This document shows, piece after piece, positions 1 to 9,843 of a stretch of DNA of 64,000 nt (position 1 is the stretch's first letter; every line of letters begins with the position of its first letter). The stretch spans positions 1,296,107 through 1,360,106 of the forward strand of contig CBDBFP010000002.1 of assembly GCA_965204985.1 (NCBI GenBank). The letters are read 5' to 3'. The translations under genes and the position numbers were made by a program. Below the pieces are notes generated by a model. The model was given only the letters and a program-made list of their open reading frames with translations. It had not been told where the DNA came from and made no database searches. This stretch comes from Hyphomicrobiales bacterium (GTDB taxonomy: Bacteria; Pseudomonadota; Alphaproteobacteria; Rhizobiales; CAJQND01).

Positions 1-122
1 ATAATGGCGAATGACGGACGTTCTTGTCACTTGACCATTGGTGCAAGGGAACGCCATTACCTTCTTGAGACAATTAGGTCAATATTACTGACCTAAAAAC
101 TCCCAATGCTTCGGCCGTATTA

Positions 123-417
123 ATGATTGAATTTTTGCTTCCAATTGTGGCCTTTGCGATCACGGCTTCCGTCACCCTTGGACCCAACACGATTATGGTC
201 ACCGCATCGGGCGCCAACTTTGGTTATGCGCGAACCAATCCACATATGCTGGGTATCGCTTTTGGATTTCCGTTGCTGATTATCGGTGTTGGTCTTGGCC
301 TCGGGCAGGTATTTGCGTGCCATCCGGCAGTTTCTGAGATCTGACAGGGCCTTACAGGTTTTCAACATCTCAATGGCTGTGATCGTGGCCGGTTCAGTCG
401 CTTTGCTCTATATTTGA
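123..417 (+). pseudogene. LysE/RhtB-family amino-acid exporter, internally deleted remnant
   Basis: ORF 123-344 (73 aa) has LysE-type N-terminal TM helices (MIEFLLPIVAFAITASVTLGPNTIMV...) and stops early. A short separate tail (MAVIVAGSVALLYI*, 373-417) resembles the family C-terminus. Family members are about 200 aa. Confidence 0.5.
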
Positions 418-491
418 ACAGGAAACAGCCACGGGGTCGTCAAGATTTTGGTTGAGTGTGTGGCGTTAGCGTCTTCGTGAGGAACCAACAC

Positions 492-1484
492 ATGTCCGCC
501 AAAGTGAATTTGCCAGACCTTGAGGCTGTAGAGATGGCTGCCGTGCGAATTGCCGGCAAAGCCCTGCGCACGCCAGTAATCGAATCTCCCGCTCTAAATG
601 ATCTGGTGGGCGGACGCGTTCTGATCAAACCAGAATGCCTGCAACGGACCGGTTCATTCAAGTTCCGCGGCGCCTTAAACCGGATTTCTCAATTGGGGCT
701 GGAGGCAAAAGATGGCGGCGTGGTTGCCTATTCATCTGGCAATCATGCGCAAGGTGTGGCCGCCGCAGCACAATTGAAAAGCCTGCCTGCAGTCATTGTC
801 ATGCCCAGAGATACACCTCGGATCAAAATCTCAAACACCGCCGGGTATGGAGCTGAAGTTGTTCACTATGAACGCGGCTCGGAAGACAGGAAGGCCATTG
901 CAACTGATATTGCCAAAAAACGCGGGTCCATCATCGTGCCCCCTTATGACGACCCAAATGTCATTGCCGGGCAGGGGACCGCAGGTCTGGAATTTGCCCA
1001 GGACCTGGCTGCAAGGGGCGTTGCGCCCGATGTACTACTGGTGCCTGCAGGCGGAGGTGGCCTGCTCGCAGGTATCTCTCTGGCGTTCAACGGTCATTTC
1101 CCTGAGACCGACATCTATTCAGTGGAGCCCGAAGAGTTTGATGATCATCGCCGGTCGTTGAAGTCAGGCAAACGGCGCAAGAACAAGCAAACGACTGGCT
1201 CTGTTTGCGATGCCCTGTTGGCGGAGCGACCGGGCGAGTTGACGTTCGCAATCAACAAACCTCTGGCATCCGGTGGTCTCGCTGTCTCCGATAAAGAAGT
1301 GAAAGCGGCCGTGACCTTTGCCTTCCGCACGCTTAAGCTCGTGGTGGAGCCGGGTGGAGCGGTGTGTCTGGCGGCGGTGTTGTCAGGAAAAATTGATTGC
1401 AGAGACCGTGAAACGGCCATCGTGCTGTCTGGCGGGAATGTGGATCCAGGACTGTTTTCCGAGATTGTGACCGGCCACGGATAG
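492..1484 (+). CDS. PLP-dependent threonine/serine dehydratase (threonine ammonia-lyase family)
   Basis: Contains the PLP-lysine motif TGSFKFRGA and the glycine loop VPAGGGGLLAG. ATG at 492 is preceded by GAGGAA. Length about 330 aa. Confidence 0.85.
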   Translation: MSAKVNLPDLEAVEMAAVRIAGKALRTPVIESPALNDLVGGRVLIKPECLQRTGSFKFRGALNRISQLGLEAKDGGVVAYSSGNHAQGVAAAAQLKSLPAVIVMPRDTPRIKISNTAGYGAEVVHYERGSEDRKAIATDIAKKRGSIIVPPYDDPNVIAGQGTAGLEFAQDLAARGVAPDVLLVPAGGGGLLAGISLAFNGHFPETDIYSVEPEEFDDHRRSLKSGKRRKNKQTTGSVCDALLAERPGELTFAINKPLASGGLAVSDKEVKAAVTFAFRTLKLVVEPGGAVCLAAVLSGKIDCRDRETAIVLSGGNVDPGLFSEIVTGHG

Positions 1485-1569
1485 CTAGCAACTCCGCGCT
1501 GGCCTGGTAGGTTCGTAAGCGACTGGCAAAGCCATTTCGCCTCTTTCCAAACTTGATGTGACTAAGTTT

Positions 1570-2583
1570 TTAGCGCCCAACAGCGGGAATGCTCACCAGC
1601 GGGGTCTCGCCGCTCTCTGGCTCGTCGCCTCGGGATGCCGGTTCCGGAATTGACTTCGACATTGGTTCGCTTGGAGTGCGGATGATGACAATATGGCCGT
1701 TGTTGTCACCTGGCTCTTCGGCCTCTGCAGCTTGTTCATCTGGGGCTACGTCGGTTTCGGTTTCAGCCTCGCTTTCAGCGTCTTCGGTTGAAGCTGGCTC
1801 TTCCGGAGCAACTTTGATTTCAGGCCGTGCAAGTTCCACGTAGTCGTCGTTGAACAAGTCTGCATCTTCAGCGAAGAAGCTGTCTTTTGCGGTCCCTGCT
1901 TCTATGCTCTCAGTTTCAGGCGCTTCGTCTTCCGTTGACTGTTCAACCGATGGCAATGCCATGAATTCCGGCGCAGGGGCATCATCGGAGGGCGTGCCAG
2001 TGAGATTGCCACCGGTGCATTCGCTGACAAACTGTAGAATATTGAGCGCTTTTGCTGCCCGTTGGCCATTTACATCCTGCTTCCAGCACAGGTTCATCAG
2101 TTCATCCACGCAGGCATCCAGCTGATCGCAGACACTATCAGCCATTCCTTGCTCGCGAATGCGCCAGGCAAGAGTTTCTAGTTTTTCAACTTCGGCCAAC
2201 AAACCAGTGGAGACAGTGCTGGCTTCTTCAGCTGCGGCAGAGAAGGGCTCGGCGCCTTCGGGTATCATACCGCCGCCGGCAATCAGATCGTTTCTGATCG
2301 CGACGATATCGGTGCGCGTTGCTGTGATGACGCTAGCTATGTCGGCAAGGGCAGGCGTAAATTCACCGGGTTGATCATGATCGACAGTTTTGAGACACAA
2401 CGCGCTTTCAAGGCGTGAGATGGCGTCCAGCAACATCATCGTGTCCGCCTGGCGGTTGCGGGCCAGAAACTCTTTCAGAAATGCGCGACCGCGCTCGGAT
2501 TCCATAACCGCAGATTCGATTTCTGAATATTGGTCTTCGTTCAACGCCGGCGTTTTGTTGCCCATTGTCATAGCCATACCCAC
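1570..2583 (-). CDS. hypothetical protein, structured N-terminal domain plus very acidic low-complexity C-terminal half
   Basis: Long ORF. N-terminus is EDQYSEIESAVMESERGRAFLKEFLARNRQADTMMLLDAISRLE. C-terminal third is rich in E/D/P/A (EEPASTEDAESEAETETDVAPDEQAAEAEEPGD). No motif I can assign. Confidence 0.6.
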   Translation of the reverse strand: MGMAMTMGNKTPALNEDQYSEIESAVMESERGRAFLKEFLARNRQADTMMLLDAISRLESALCLKTVDHDQPGEFTPALADIASVITATRTDIVAIRNDLIAGGGMIPEGAEPFSAAAEEASTVSTGLLAEVEKLETLAWRIREQGMADSVCDQLDACVDELMNLCWKQDVNGQRAAKALNILQFVSECTGGNLTGTPSDDAPAPEFMALPSVEQSTEDEAPETESIEAGTAKDSFFAEDADLFNDDYVELARPEIKVAPEEPASTEDAESEAETETDVAPDEQAAEAEEPGDNNGHIVIIRTPSEPMSKSIPEPASRGDEPESGETPLVSIPAVGR

Positions 2584-2739
2584 ATCAATCTTTCACTAAC
2601 AAACCCAAGAGACAGGACGATCAGCCCGCAACACTGCCCGAATTATGATTTATCATTATGGTTAGCGATTGGTTGAGAACGCATTAAAGACTGGCACAAT
2701 CTCTACCAAAAAATATTTGGCACCCGTGGGAGGAATCCA

Positions 2740-3914
2740 TTGCCATTGATATCGTTCCGCATTCGCGGCACGCTTTTGTACGCCGCGTTGTTCTTTCTGA
2801 TCGGAATTTATCTGCCGTTCTTTCCTGTCTGGGTGAAATCGCGCGGGTTAACGGAAAGCGAGATCGCTGCGGTTCTTGTTATACAAATCACAGTTCGTAT
2901 TATCTCTGGTTCCTTGTTCGCGTTTCTCGCGGACTGGAGCGGCAAGCGGCGCAAGTTGATCGTCTTCCTCGCATTGGTTCCGTTTCTTGGCGCATTGGTG
3001 CTGACCGGTCTGGACAGCAAAGCGCTGATCGCCATCGTTTCAATTTCAGCTGCATTCTTTTGGGGGGCCAATCTTGCCGATGACCAAAGCGATAGCGGTG
3101 CGCGGTGCGGAACGGGAAGAGTTCGACTATGGCCGCATGCGTCTTTGGGGATCCCTGGTGTTTATACTTGCCAATATCTGCGGTGGGCTCTCGCTTGATG
3201 CAGCCGACCCGCAATTGATCATCATCATTCTGGCGGCAAGCCACGGGTTCGTGTTTCTGGCGGTCCTCGGATTGCCGAGAGAAATCGTCACCGCGGATGG
3301 AAACCTCGGGCAGCGCAAGGTGCAATTCTCGGACGCATTCCGATTGCTGGGCCAGCCGGTCTTTTTGACATTCATGATTGCCGCCAGCCTGGTTCAGGCA
3401 AGCCACGCCGTCTATTACGGCTTTGGCACCTTGCATTGGCAGGCAACGGGTATCCTTGGCGGGTTGATCGGTATTCTGTGGAGTCTCGGAGTACTCGCAG
3501 AGGTCTTGCTGTTTTACGTGTCGGGCCGCGCACTGTCGTTGCTCGGACCTTCATGGCTATTGTTCGTTGGCGCGGCTGCGGCCATCCTACGCTGGTTTGG
3601 CACTTCACTTGAACCGGGCTTGTTCGGATTGGTACTCCTGCAACTGCCTCACATTTGGGGCGACGCACCTCGCCATCATTTATTTCATCTCGCGCTCGGT
3701 TCCCGCTGCGCTGCACAGCACTGCGCAAGGGCTCTATTCATCGATTGCGAGCGGTATTGCAATTTCCATTGCGACCGCATCGGCAGGCCCGCTGTACCGG
3801 GCCTTCGGTGCGGACGCATTCCTGGCCATGAGCCTGCTGGGCGTTGTGTCCGCTGCACTGGTCCTCATATTGATGACCAAAGGCGTTGTCTTACCAAAGC
3901 GGCAAGAATCCTGA
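2740..3914 (+). pseudogene. MFS transporter (HcaT/MFS_1-like), frameshifted
   Basis: One transporter is split over three frames (2740-3198, 3074-~3650, 3567-3914). The first shift sits at a G6 run (3062-3067); removing one G restores FFWGPILPMTKAIAV. The second shift is near 3640. Confidence 0.75.
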
Positions 3915-4928
3915 TCAGTTGCCGAATGTCACGCCATTTTCCTGGTTGCGAAGGCGCGGGTCATCGGATTTCACCAGTACTGGCGATCCAGCCAGCAATT
4001 CTTTGCAACGATCCAGGGTCTCCTGTTCCAGGCGGGCCATGGCCTCATGGGTATAAAATGTCAGGTGAGGCAGCAGGATGACATTGGGCATGTCATACAG
4101 CGTGCTTAGAGGATGCCCCTCGCGTGCCAGTGGCTCCTGCGAATAGACATCCAGACCCGCACCAGCGATCAAACCTTCCTGAAGAGCCGTCAACATGGCC
4201 TGTTCATTCACAATCGCGCCACGCGAAACATTGATCAAAAATGCAGAACTCTTCATCGCTCTGAGCTCAGCTTCCCCAATCAGGTCGCGCGACTGCGGGG
4301 TCAGGACACAGTGCACCGTTGCAAAATCACATCGGTTCAGCATGGTCTTGAGATCGTCGAACTTCTTAACTCCAATTGCTGCCATCTCTTCAGCTGACAC
4401 GTTGGGATCATACCCCAGCATCTGCGCCCGGAAACCGGCGCCTGCCATTCGGGCCATGCTGCGCCCGATCCGCCCCACGCCGACTAGGCCAACCGTCTTG
4501 CCGGCAATGTCCGAACCCAGCCACGACGATGTGGGCCAGAGCCAACCGGCGTCATGCATGGCCCTGTCCATCGGAATGAGCTTCTTGGCCAGTGCTATCA
4601 TCAGCGAAAAGGCGCCTTCGGCAACGGTCTCTTCTGCATATTCAGGGATATTGACGACCGGGATATTCGCGGCTTTGGCCGCATCTATATCGATGGCATC
4701 AATACCAACACCATATTTCACGATGCCTTTGAGCTTTTCCGCGCCTTGGATCACACGCCCGGTGATGGGCGTGTAACACATCAGTAGCAGATCTGCGTCG
4801 CGCACTTCGCGTGCGAGCTCATCCTCGGCAACACCATCCGGCAGCAACATCAGTTCGGCACCCATGCGTTGCAGCTCCTGGTCAACGATTGGACATTCAA
4901 GTTCAAGATCGGTGCGGACAACCTTCAT
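3915..4928 (-). CDS. D-isomer-specific 2-hydroxyacid dehydrogenase family, NAD-binding
   Basis: Rossmann motif GLVGVGRIGRSMA. Catalytic region NVSRGAIV...PHLT. The start overlaps the stop of the upstream aminotransferase by 4 bp. Confidence 0.85.
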   Translation of the reverse strand: MKVVRTDLELECPIVDQELQRMGAELMLLPDGVAEDELAREVRDADLLLMCYTPITGRVIQGAEKLKGIVKYGVGIDAIDIDAAKAANIPVVNIPEYAEETVAEGAFSLMIALAKKLIPMDRAMHDAGWLWPTSSWLGSDIAGKTVGLVGVGRIGRSMARMAGAGFRAQMLGYDPNVSAEEMAAIGVKKFDDLKTMLNRCDFATVHCVLTPQSRDLIGEAELRAMKSSAFLINVSRGAIVNEQAMLTALQEGLIAGAGLDVYSQEPLAREGHPLSTLYDMPNVILLPHLTFYTHEAMARLEQETLDRCKELLAGSPVLVKSDDPRLRNQENGVTFGN

Positions 4929-6328
4929 GCCAGTCCAAGCGCTCTCGCACCGCCATCGATTGCTTCTGCGAGAATATCCAACGCTTCATCCATTTGCGCC
5001 TGCGTCAGGATCAGAGGAGGGGTGAAAGTCAGGGTGTTGCCCATGGAGATCTTGAAGGAAAGTCCGTTGTCGAGGCACCGGTAGAACACTTCCTCGGCGA
5101 GGTCGTCGGGCGCCTCTTTGTCTTCTTTCGAAAACACCAGTTCTGCCCCGAAGAGAAACCCGCGGCCGCGCACATCGCCGATGACGGGACTGCTCGCCTG
5201 CATGTTGCGTAAACGGTCCACCGCATAGCCCCCCACAGTTGCTGCGTTTTCAACAAGCCCTTCATCTTCGATGATTTCAATGGTGGTCAATCCCGCCCGG
5301 GTGGTGACCGGGTTCTTCTCATGGGTGTAATGCCCGAAGGCGAACTCTCCCGCCACATCCAGCTCAGCCTGAGTCAACACGGCCGCAATTGGAAGGATGC
5401 CTCCGCCGAGGGCCTTGCCCATGACCAGTATGTCCGGCTCCACGTCGTCATGATCGCAGGCAAACATTCGGCCCGTCTTGCCGAGCCCGGTCGGGATCTC
5501 GTCGAAGATCAGCAATGTGCCGTTGTCATTGCAGGCTTTGCGCACCTCCGCCCAGAAACCCGGAGGAGGGATGTAAGGCACGGCGCGCGCAGGCTCCGCG
5601 ATCACAGCAGCCACATCCCCTTCCTTCTCCAGCACATAGCGCACGAAGTTCGCGCATGTCATCTTGCAGAGATCCAGCTGAGGGGCCCCGTCTTTCTCAG
5701 GGTATCCGTATGGACAGCGATAGCAGGCGAACGGCGCCACGTGCTCAGAACCTGACAAGAGCGGGCCAACCGCCCGGGTGGAGCGAAACAGCTGCTCTCC
5801 GCCCACAGATGAGGCACCGAAGCCTGCGCCGTGAAACGCATCCCAGAAAGATACAGTCTTGTGCCGCCCCGTTGCGGCCCGGGCGACCTTCAACGCCACC
5901 TCGATGGCATCTGAGCCGCCGGTGGTGAACAGGACTTTTGAGAGGTTGCCGGGAGAAATATCTATGAGTTTGCTGGCAAGCGCAGAGGCTGGCTCACAGG
6001 CAAACCGGCGCGGCGCAAAGGGCAGCTCATCCATCTGTTTTGCGATGGCCGCCTTGAGCCGGGGATGTCCATAACCAATGTGGTGCACGTTGTTGCCGTG
6101 GAAATCGAGATAGCGCCGACCTTGCAGGTCTTCAACATAGGCGCCTTCCGCTTTTGCAATGACGGACATGCAGGGTGAGGATACGGACTGGTGCAGGAAC
6201 AGCCGGGCATCTTCATCCAGCATTTCCTGCGTGTCCGCATCGTGCGTTCTCGCCGCCCAGGCACACCGGCGTTCGGAAGTGTTGACTTCCCCTTCGGATT
6301 GCGCAGGCTTGCGTGTGCTGGCACTCAT
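4925..6328 (-). CDS. class-III (omega) aminotransferase, PLP-dependent
   Basis: Motifs FTTGGSDAIEVALKVAR, LIFDEIPTGLGKTGRMFA and ILVMGKALGGG. ATG at 6328 follows GAGG. The longer 485-aa ORF start is less likely. Confidence 0.85.
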   Translation of the reverse strand: MSASTRKPAQSEGEVNTSERRCAWAARTHDADTQEMLDEDARLFLHQSVSSPCMSVIAKAEGAYVEDLQGRRYLDFHGNNVHHIGYGHPRLKAAIAKQMDELPFAPRRFACEPASALASKLIDISPGNLSKVLFTTGGSDAIEVALKVARAATGRHKTVSFWDAFHGAGFGASSVGGEQLFRSTRAVGPLLSGSEHVAPFACYRCPYGYPEKDGAPQLDLCKMTCANFVRYVLEKEGDVAAVIAEPARAVPYIPPPGFWAEVRKACNDNGTLLIFDEIPTGLGKTGRMFACDHDDVEPDILVMGKALGGGILPIAAVLTQAELDVAGEFAFGHYTHEKNPVTTRAGLTTIEIIEDEGLVENAATVGGYAVDRLRNMQASSPVIGDVRGRGFLFGAELVFSKEDKEAPDDLAEEVFYRCLDNGLSFKISMGNTLTFTPPLILTQAQMDEALDILAEAIDGGARALGLA

Positions 6329-6468
6329 ATGGACCTCGCTTGCTGAGAAATGACTTGTTCCACACTTGCCAGCCCCAGACAACTGCCCCTGCGTGCTTCA
6401 TCTAAGAATTTCAACACGCGCGTGTATGGATTAGACTGTTGGCCTGATTCAGGAAGAGGATACGTGGC

Positions 6469-7521
6469 ATGGATCACGCCCCCAGTGCAGACGAGAAGGC
6501 GCGCCGGCAGAACTTTTACGACAGGCTTGCGCCGCATAGCATGACGCCTCTGTGGGAAGTTTTAAAGGATATCGTGCCGCCGGAACCGCGGCCAAAGGCC
6601 GTGCCCCATCTCTGGCACTACGCCGACGTACGACCGCTTCTGCTTGAATCCGGCGACCTGCTCACCGCCGAAGAGGCAGAGCGGCGCGTGCTCGTTTTTG
6701 AGAACCCGTCCTATGCCGGCCAGTCTCGCTCAACCGCCACGCTCTATTCCGGCATTCAGCTGATCATGCCTGGCGAAACCGCGCCGGCCCACCGTCACAC
6801 CCAATCTGCATTGCGGTTCATGATTGAAGGCGAAAACGGGTTCACAGTGGTTGGCGGAGAGCGCACGACCATGAGGGAAGGGGACCTTGTCATAACCCCG
6901 CCTTGGGCCTGGCACGATCATGGTAACGATGGCGACGCGCCGGTCGCCTGGCTCGATGGTCTTGATATTCCGATGCTGGGCTTTTTTGAAGCTGTGTTCA
7001 TGGAAGGGTACAACGACAAGCGCCACGCCATCACGCGGCCGGAAGGCGAAAGCGATGCGCGCTTTGGGCAGGGTCTGCTCCCTATCAACGCCGCATCGCC
7101 CTATGGGCAGACGTCTCCCATTTTCAAATACCCTTACGAACGCACCCGCGAAGCCCTTCTGGCAGCGGAACGGGGCGAGGATACCGATCCTCACGAAGCC
7201 ACGTCTCTCAGATATGCCAACCCTATCGACGGCGGCTGGGCCATGCCGACCATGTCCACTTGGATCATGCATATGAAGGCAGGCACGGCAACGGCGCCGA
7301 TCCGCTCGACAGACAGCATGGTGATGCATGTGGCGGAAGGCTCCGGCATGGCGACAATCGGGGAAAGCACTCTGCAGGTTTCACCCAAGGACACTCTGGC
7401 CGTCCCCGGCTGGACCTGGAGATCGTTCAAGGCAAAAGAGGATTGTTTCCTCTTCTTCTTCTCTGATCGCGTGGTACACGAAAAGCTTGGTTTCTTTCGC
7501 GAGGAACGGCAACCAATATAA
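6469..7521 (+). CDS. gentisate 1,2-dioxygenase-like bicupin
   Basis: 350 aa. Cupin metal motif ETAPAHRHTQSALRFMIEG and PPWAWHDH. The length and two-cupin layout are typical of gentisate dioxygenases. Confidence 0.75.
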   Translation: MDHAPSADEKARRQNFYDRLAPHSMTPLWEVLKDIVPPEPRPKAVPHLWHYADVRPLLLESGDLLTAEEAERRVLVFENPSYAGQSRSTATLYSGIQLIMPGETAPAHRHTQSALRFMIEGENGFTVVGGERTTMREGDLVITPPWAWHDHGNDGDAPVAWLDGLDIPMLGFFEAVFMEGYNDKRHAITRPEGESDARFGQGLLPINAASPYGQTSPIFKYPYERTREALLAAERGEDTDPHEATSLRYANPIDGGWAMPTMSTWIMHMKAGTATAPIRSTDSMVMHVAEGSGMATIGESTLQVSPKDTLAVPGWTWRSFKAKEDCFLFFFSDRVVHEKLGFFREERQPI

Positions 7522-7588
7522 GTTGCCAATTTTGATAAATCCCGAGTTCAAACGCACAGCGATTGTGATATATCACTCCCACCAGTGC

Positions 7589-7627
7589 GGTCCCGTAGCT
7601 CAGTAGGATAGAGCATCAGATTCCTAA
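7589..7627 (+). pseudogene. tRNA-Arg(CCT) 5' half (acceptor, D-arm, anticodon stem 5' side and loop only)
   Basis: Reads GGTCCCG-TA-GCTC-AGTAGGATA-GAGC-A-TCAGA-TTCCTAA. The following bases (CTGCG...) do not pair with TCAGA. No T-arm or CGGGACC acceptor 3' strand follows. Confidence 0.7.
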
Positions 7628-7783
7628 CTGCGCGAAGCTAGGTCGATCCGCGGGCGCCTTAGGTCAATTAATGGCGTATTTTCAGTAATCTACCCTGCAT
7701 AATGACACGAAATCGGTCAACCGAGGTTGATGCTCGGCGACAACCGTTCGGTGCTCAACACGGTACTCTCAGAGAGAAAAGCC

Positions 7784-8042
7784 ATGACTGTCATAAACCT
7801 CACCGAGGCGAGGATAATAAGGGACCTGCCTCTCGGCTCAGGCATCCACAGGTCCGGGGTCTGATGGTGATCTGCCACCGGACAACGAAGGCCTACTCGG
7901 TACAGGGCGACGTCCGCCGGAACGTGCGACCTTCCGGATGAAGGTCGACCGCGTGGACCGTATCGGCCTCCGCGAGGCCCGCAGGCGCTCGCGCGAGAAA
8001 TCGTATCGACCATTCAGTCTGGCGTCAACCCGACCGCCGAAC
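7784..8042 (+). pseudogene. tyrosine integrase, N-terminal fragments in several frames
   Basis: Fragments MTVINLTEARIIRDLPLGSG, GLMVICHRTTKAYSVQGDVRRN and ARAREIVSTIQSGVNPTAEPKE resemble the arm-binding N-terminus of tRNA-associated island integrases. The catalytic domain is absent. Confidence 0.6.
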
Positions 8043-8224
8043 CGAAGGAGATCGGCATCAAACCCATCCAGATCACCCCAGGTTCACCATGGGAAAACGG
8101 AGACAACGAACGCTTCAACGGCAGACTACGCCGGGAAGGTCTCAACGCGGAGGGGGTCAACACTACCAGGCAGGCTCAGATTGTCATCAATCAGGGGCTG
8201 GGCATATCCCCTTGCAAAAGTTGA
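8043..8224 (+). mobile_element. transposase C-terminal remnant (rve integrase-core type)
   Basis: Translation is IGIKPIQITPGSPWENGDNERFNGRLRREGLNAEGVNTTRQAQIVINQ. It is fused directly to the integrase fragment. Confidence 0.65.
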
Positions 8225-8271
8225 CCTGCAGCAGTAAGACCTGTTTTTAGCCATGTGGGAGATAGAGAATC

Positions 8272-9243
8272 ATGCACGAGGTGTCTCAGGAATTGCGCAA
8301 AATAGCCGGATGCCTCTCACCTATCGAACGTGATTTTATATATAACTACGTGAAAAATAATTATACTGGACGGGGTGAGATTGTTGATCTGGGTTGTTTT
8401 TTAGGATCTTCCACATACGCGCAAGCGATGGGCCTGCAAAGCAATACAATTGTAAGGTCACACCATACAGCTCATAGGATCATACCATATGACTTTATGA
8501 AAAAAATCCTCAATCAACTAGGTATGATCCCAATTGTACACGATAAGAATAAACGAATTCATGCATTTGACTTGTTCCAGTGGGAGACTTGGATGGAGCG
8601 TGAGGTCGCGAGGTACGGTTTGGCTCGGACGTTTTCTGTTGGTCAGTCGTTTCAACAAGAATTTGCGAACCAGATGGGAGATTTGCACAAATTCATTGAG
8701 ACAACCAAAGCCGACCTGTTACACGAAAAATGGGAGAGTCAAAAGCCCATCGAGTATTTATTCATTGACGCAATGAAAAGCTGGAATTTGTGCAGCGCGA
8801 TAATTCGTAATTTTTATCGGTACCTGGTACCAGGATTGAGTGTCGTACATCATCAAGATTTCGCTTTGGCAGGACCTCATTGGATTCATCTCACAATGTT
8901 TCGCCTGAAAAACTATTTTAAACCTATTGAACATGGGGACTTGATTGGGTCACAATTATTTGAATTTATGAAGAAAATTCCAGATGATTTACTGAATCAA
9001 GAATACTCGATGGATATGTTCAGCCTTGAAGAGATCAATGAAGCCTTTGAGTATGGATGTTCAGTCGTCGCACCAACAGCAAAGGACTATGTTCTATCGT
9101 CTAAAGTGACAGCGCTTATTGAGAAGGATGAATTGGACCTGGCGTGCGAGGTCTCGGTTCAACTGGAAGAAGAGCATCGAAGCATTATCGCGTCGCATCG
9201 CCCAGGTTTATGGCATATGATGAATGAGACGAACGCACAATGA
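8272..9243 (+). CDS. putative class-I SAM-dependent methyltransferase-like protein (orphan, AT-rich)
   Basis: Motif-I-like GEIVDLGCFLGSS and downstream EYLFIDAMKSW...VVHHQDF. Visibly lower GC than flanks. Assignment rests on weak motifs only. Confidence 0.45.
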   Translation: MHEVSQELRKIAGCLSPIERDFIYNYVKNNYTGRGEIVDLGCFLGSSTYAQAMGLQSNTIVRSHHTAHRIIPYDFMKKILNQLGMIPIVHDKNKRIHAFDLFQWETWMEREVARYGLARTFSVGQSFQQEFANQMGDLHKFIETTKADLLHEKWESQKPIEYLFIDAMKSWNLCSAIIRNFYRYLVPGLSVVHHQDFALAGPHWIHLTMFRLKNYFKPIEHGDLIGSQLFEFMKKIPDDLLNQEYSMDMFSLEEINEAFEYGCSVVAPTAKDYVLSSKVTALIEKDELDLACEVSVQLEEEHRSIIASHRPGLWHMMNETNAQ

Positions 9244-9294
9244 TGCGCCGGGTCTCGCCGGTCACCAGGTCTGCCCGAAGTAATTTTGCCATGT

Positions 9295-9429
9295 CAGCTT
9301 CGGGACAATTCATTTCCGGGGCATGTACACCCCTGTACGCCGGCGACAAACCTCCGCAGTCGGACTGCCCCGTTCCTGTTCCGTCAAAATCGTAATGATC
9401 TGGTCTTCTGAAAACCTGCTCTTACGCAT
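9295..9429 (-). mobile_element. IS3-family orfA (HTH) remnant
   Basis: Minus-strand translation is MRKSRFSEDQIITILTEQERGSPTAEVCRR..., then decays. Confidence 0.6.
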
Positions 9430-9494
9430 TATCCATCTCCTTCTCAGTGACGGACCCTCCTGACAAACGAGGCAGATTCTGGGGGGGGGGGGCA

Positions 9495-9715
9495 GGTCAG
9501 CAGATGGTAAGGGCCGCCTGGCGCGACAACATCTTCGTTGAGCGCCTGTGGCGAATCATCAAATACGAGGAGGTTTATCTGCACGCCTATCAGCCCGCTC
9601 CGGAATCGGCAAATATCTGGACTTCTACAATACCAAGCGCCCACACTCATCGCTTGACGGACAAACACCCGATCAGGCTTACTTCTGGGCGCTAACGCCA
9701 ATCCCGGCGGCATAA
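9495..9715 (+). mobile_element. IS3-family orfB C-terminal remnant, frameshifted
   Basis: RDNIFVERLWRIIKYEEVYLHAY, then out of frame ...KRPHSSLDGQTPDQAYF-like. A G12 run lies just upstream at 9481-9492. Confidence 0.65.
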
Positions 9716-9843
9716 CAAGGGCTGTGATCCAATTAGAGAAACAGTCCCAACCGTTCAAAATGCCCAAGCCACTTCTCTGACCTGTCATACCCCGCTGTCC
9801 GTACTCGGGTACAGTGGTTGTCCCCAGCCAAAAAATTGGGGTT

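Noticed and set aside
81-97. Palindrome GGTCA-ATATTAC-TGACC upstream of the LysE remnant as a regulator site
   Set aside because: It is plausible as an operator, but the downstream gene is dead and no regulator gene is visible in the window. It cannot be supported.
7589-7665. Intact tRNA gene
   Set aside because: Only the 5' half folds. The anticodon stem 3' strand, T-arm and acceptor 3' strand are absent, so it is called a tRNA fragment.
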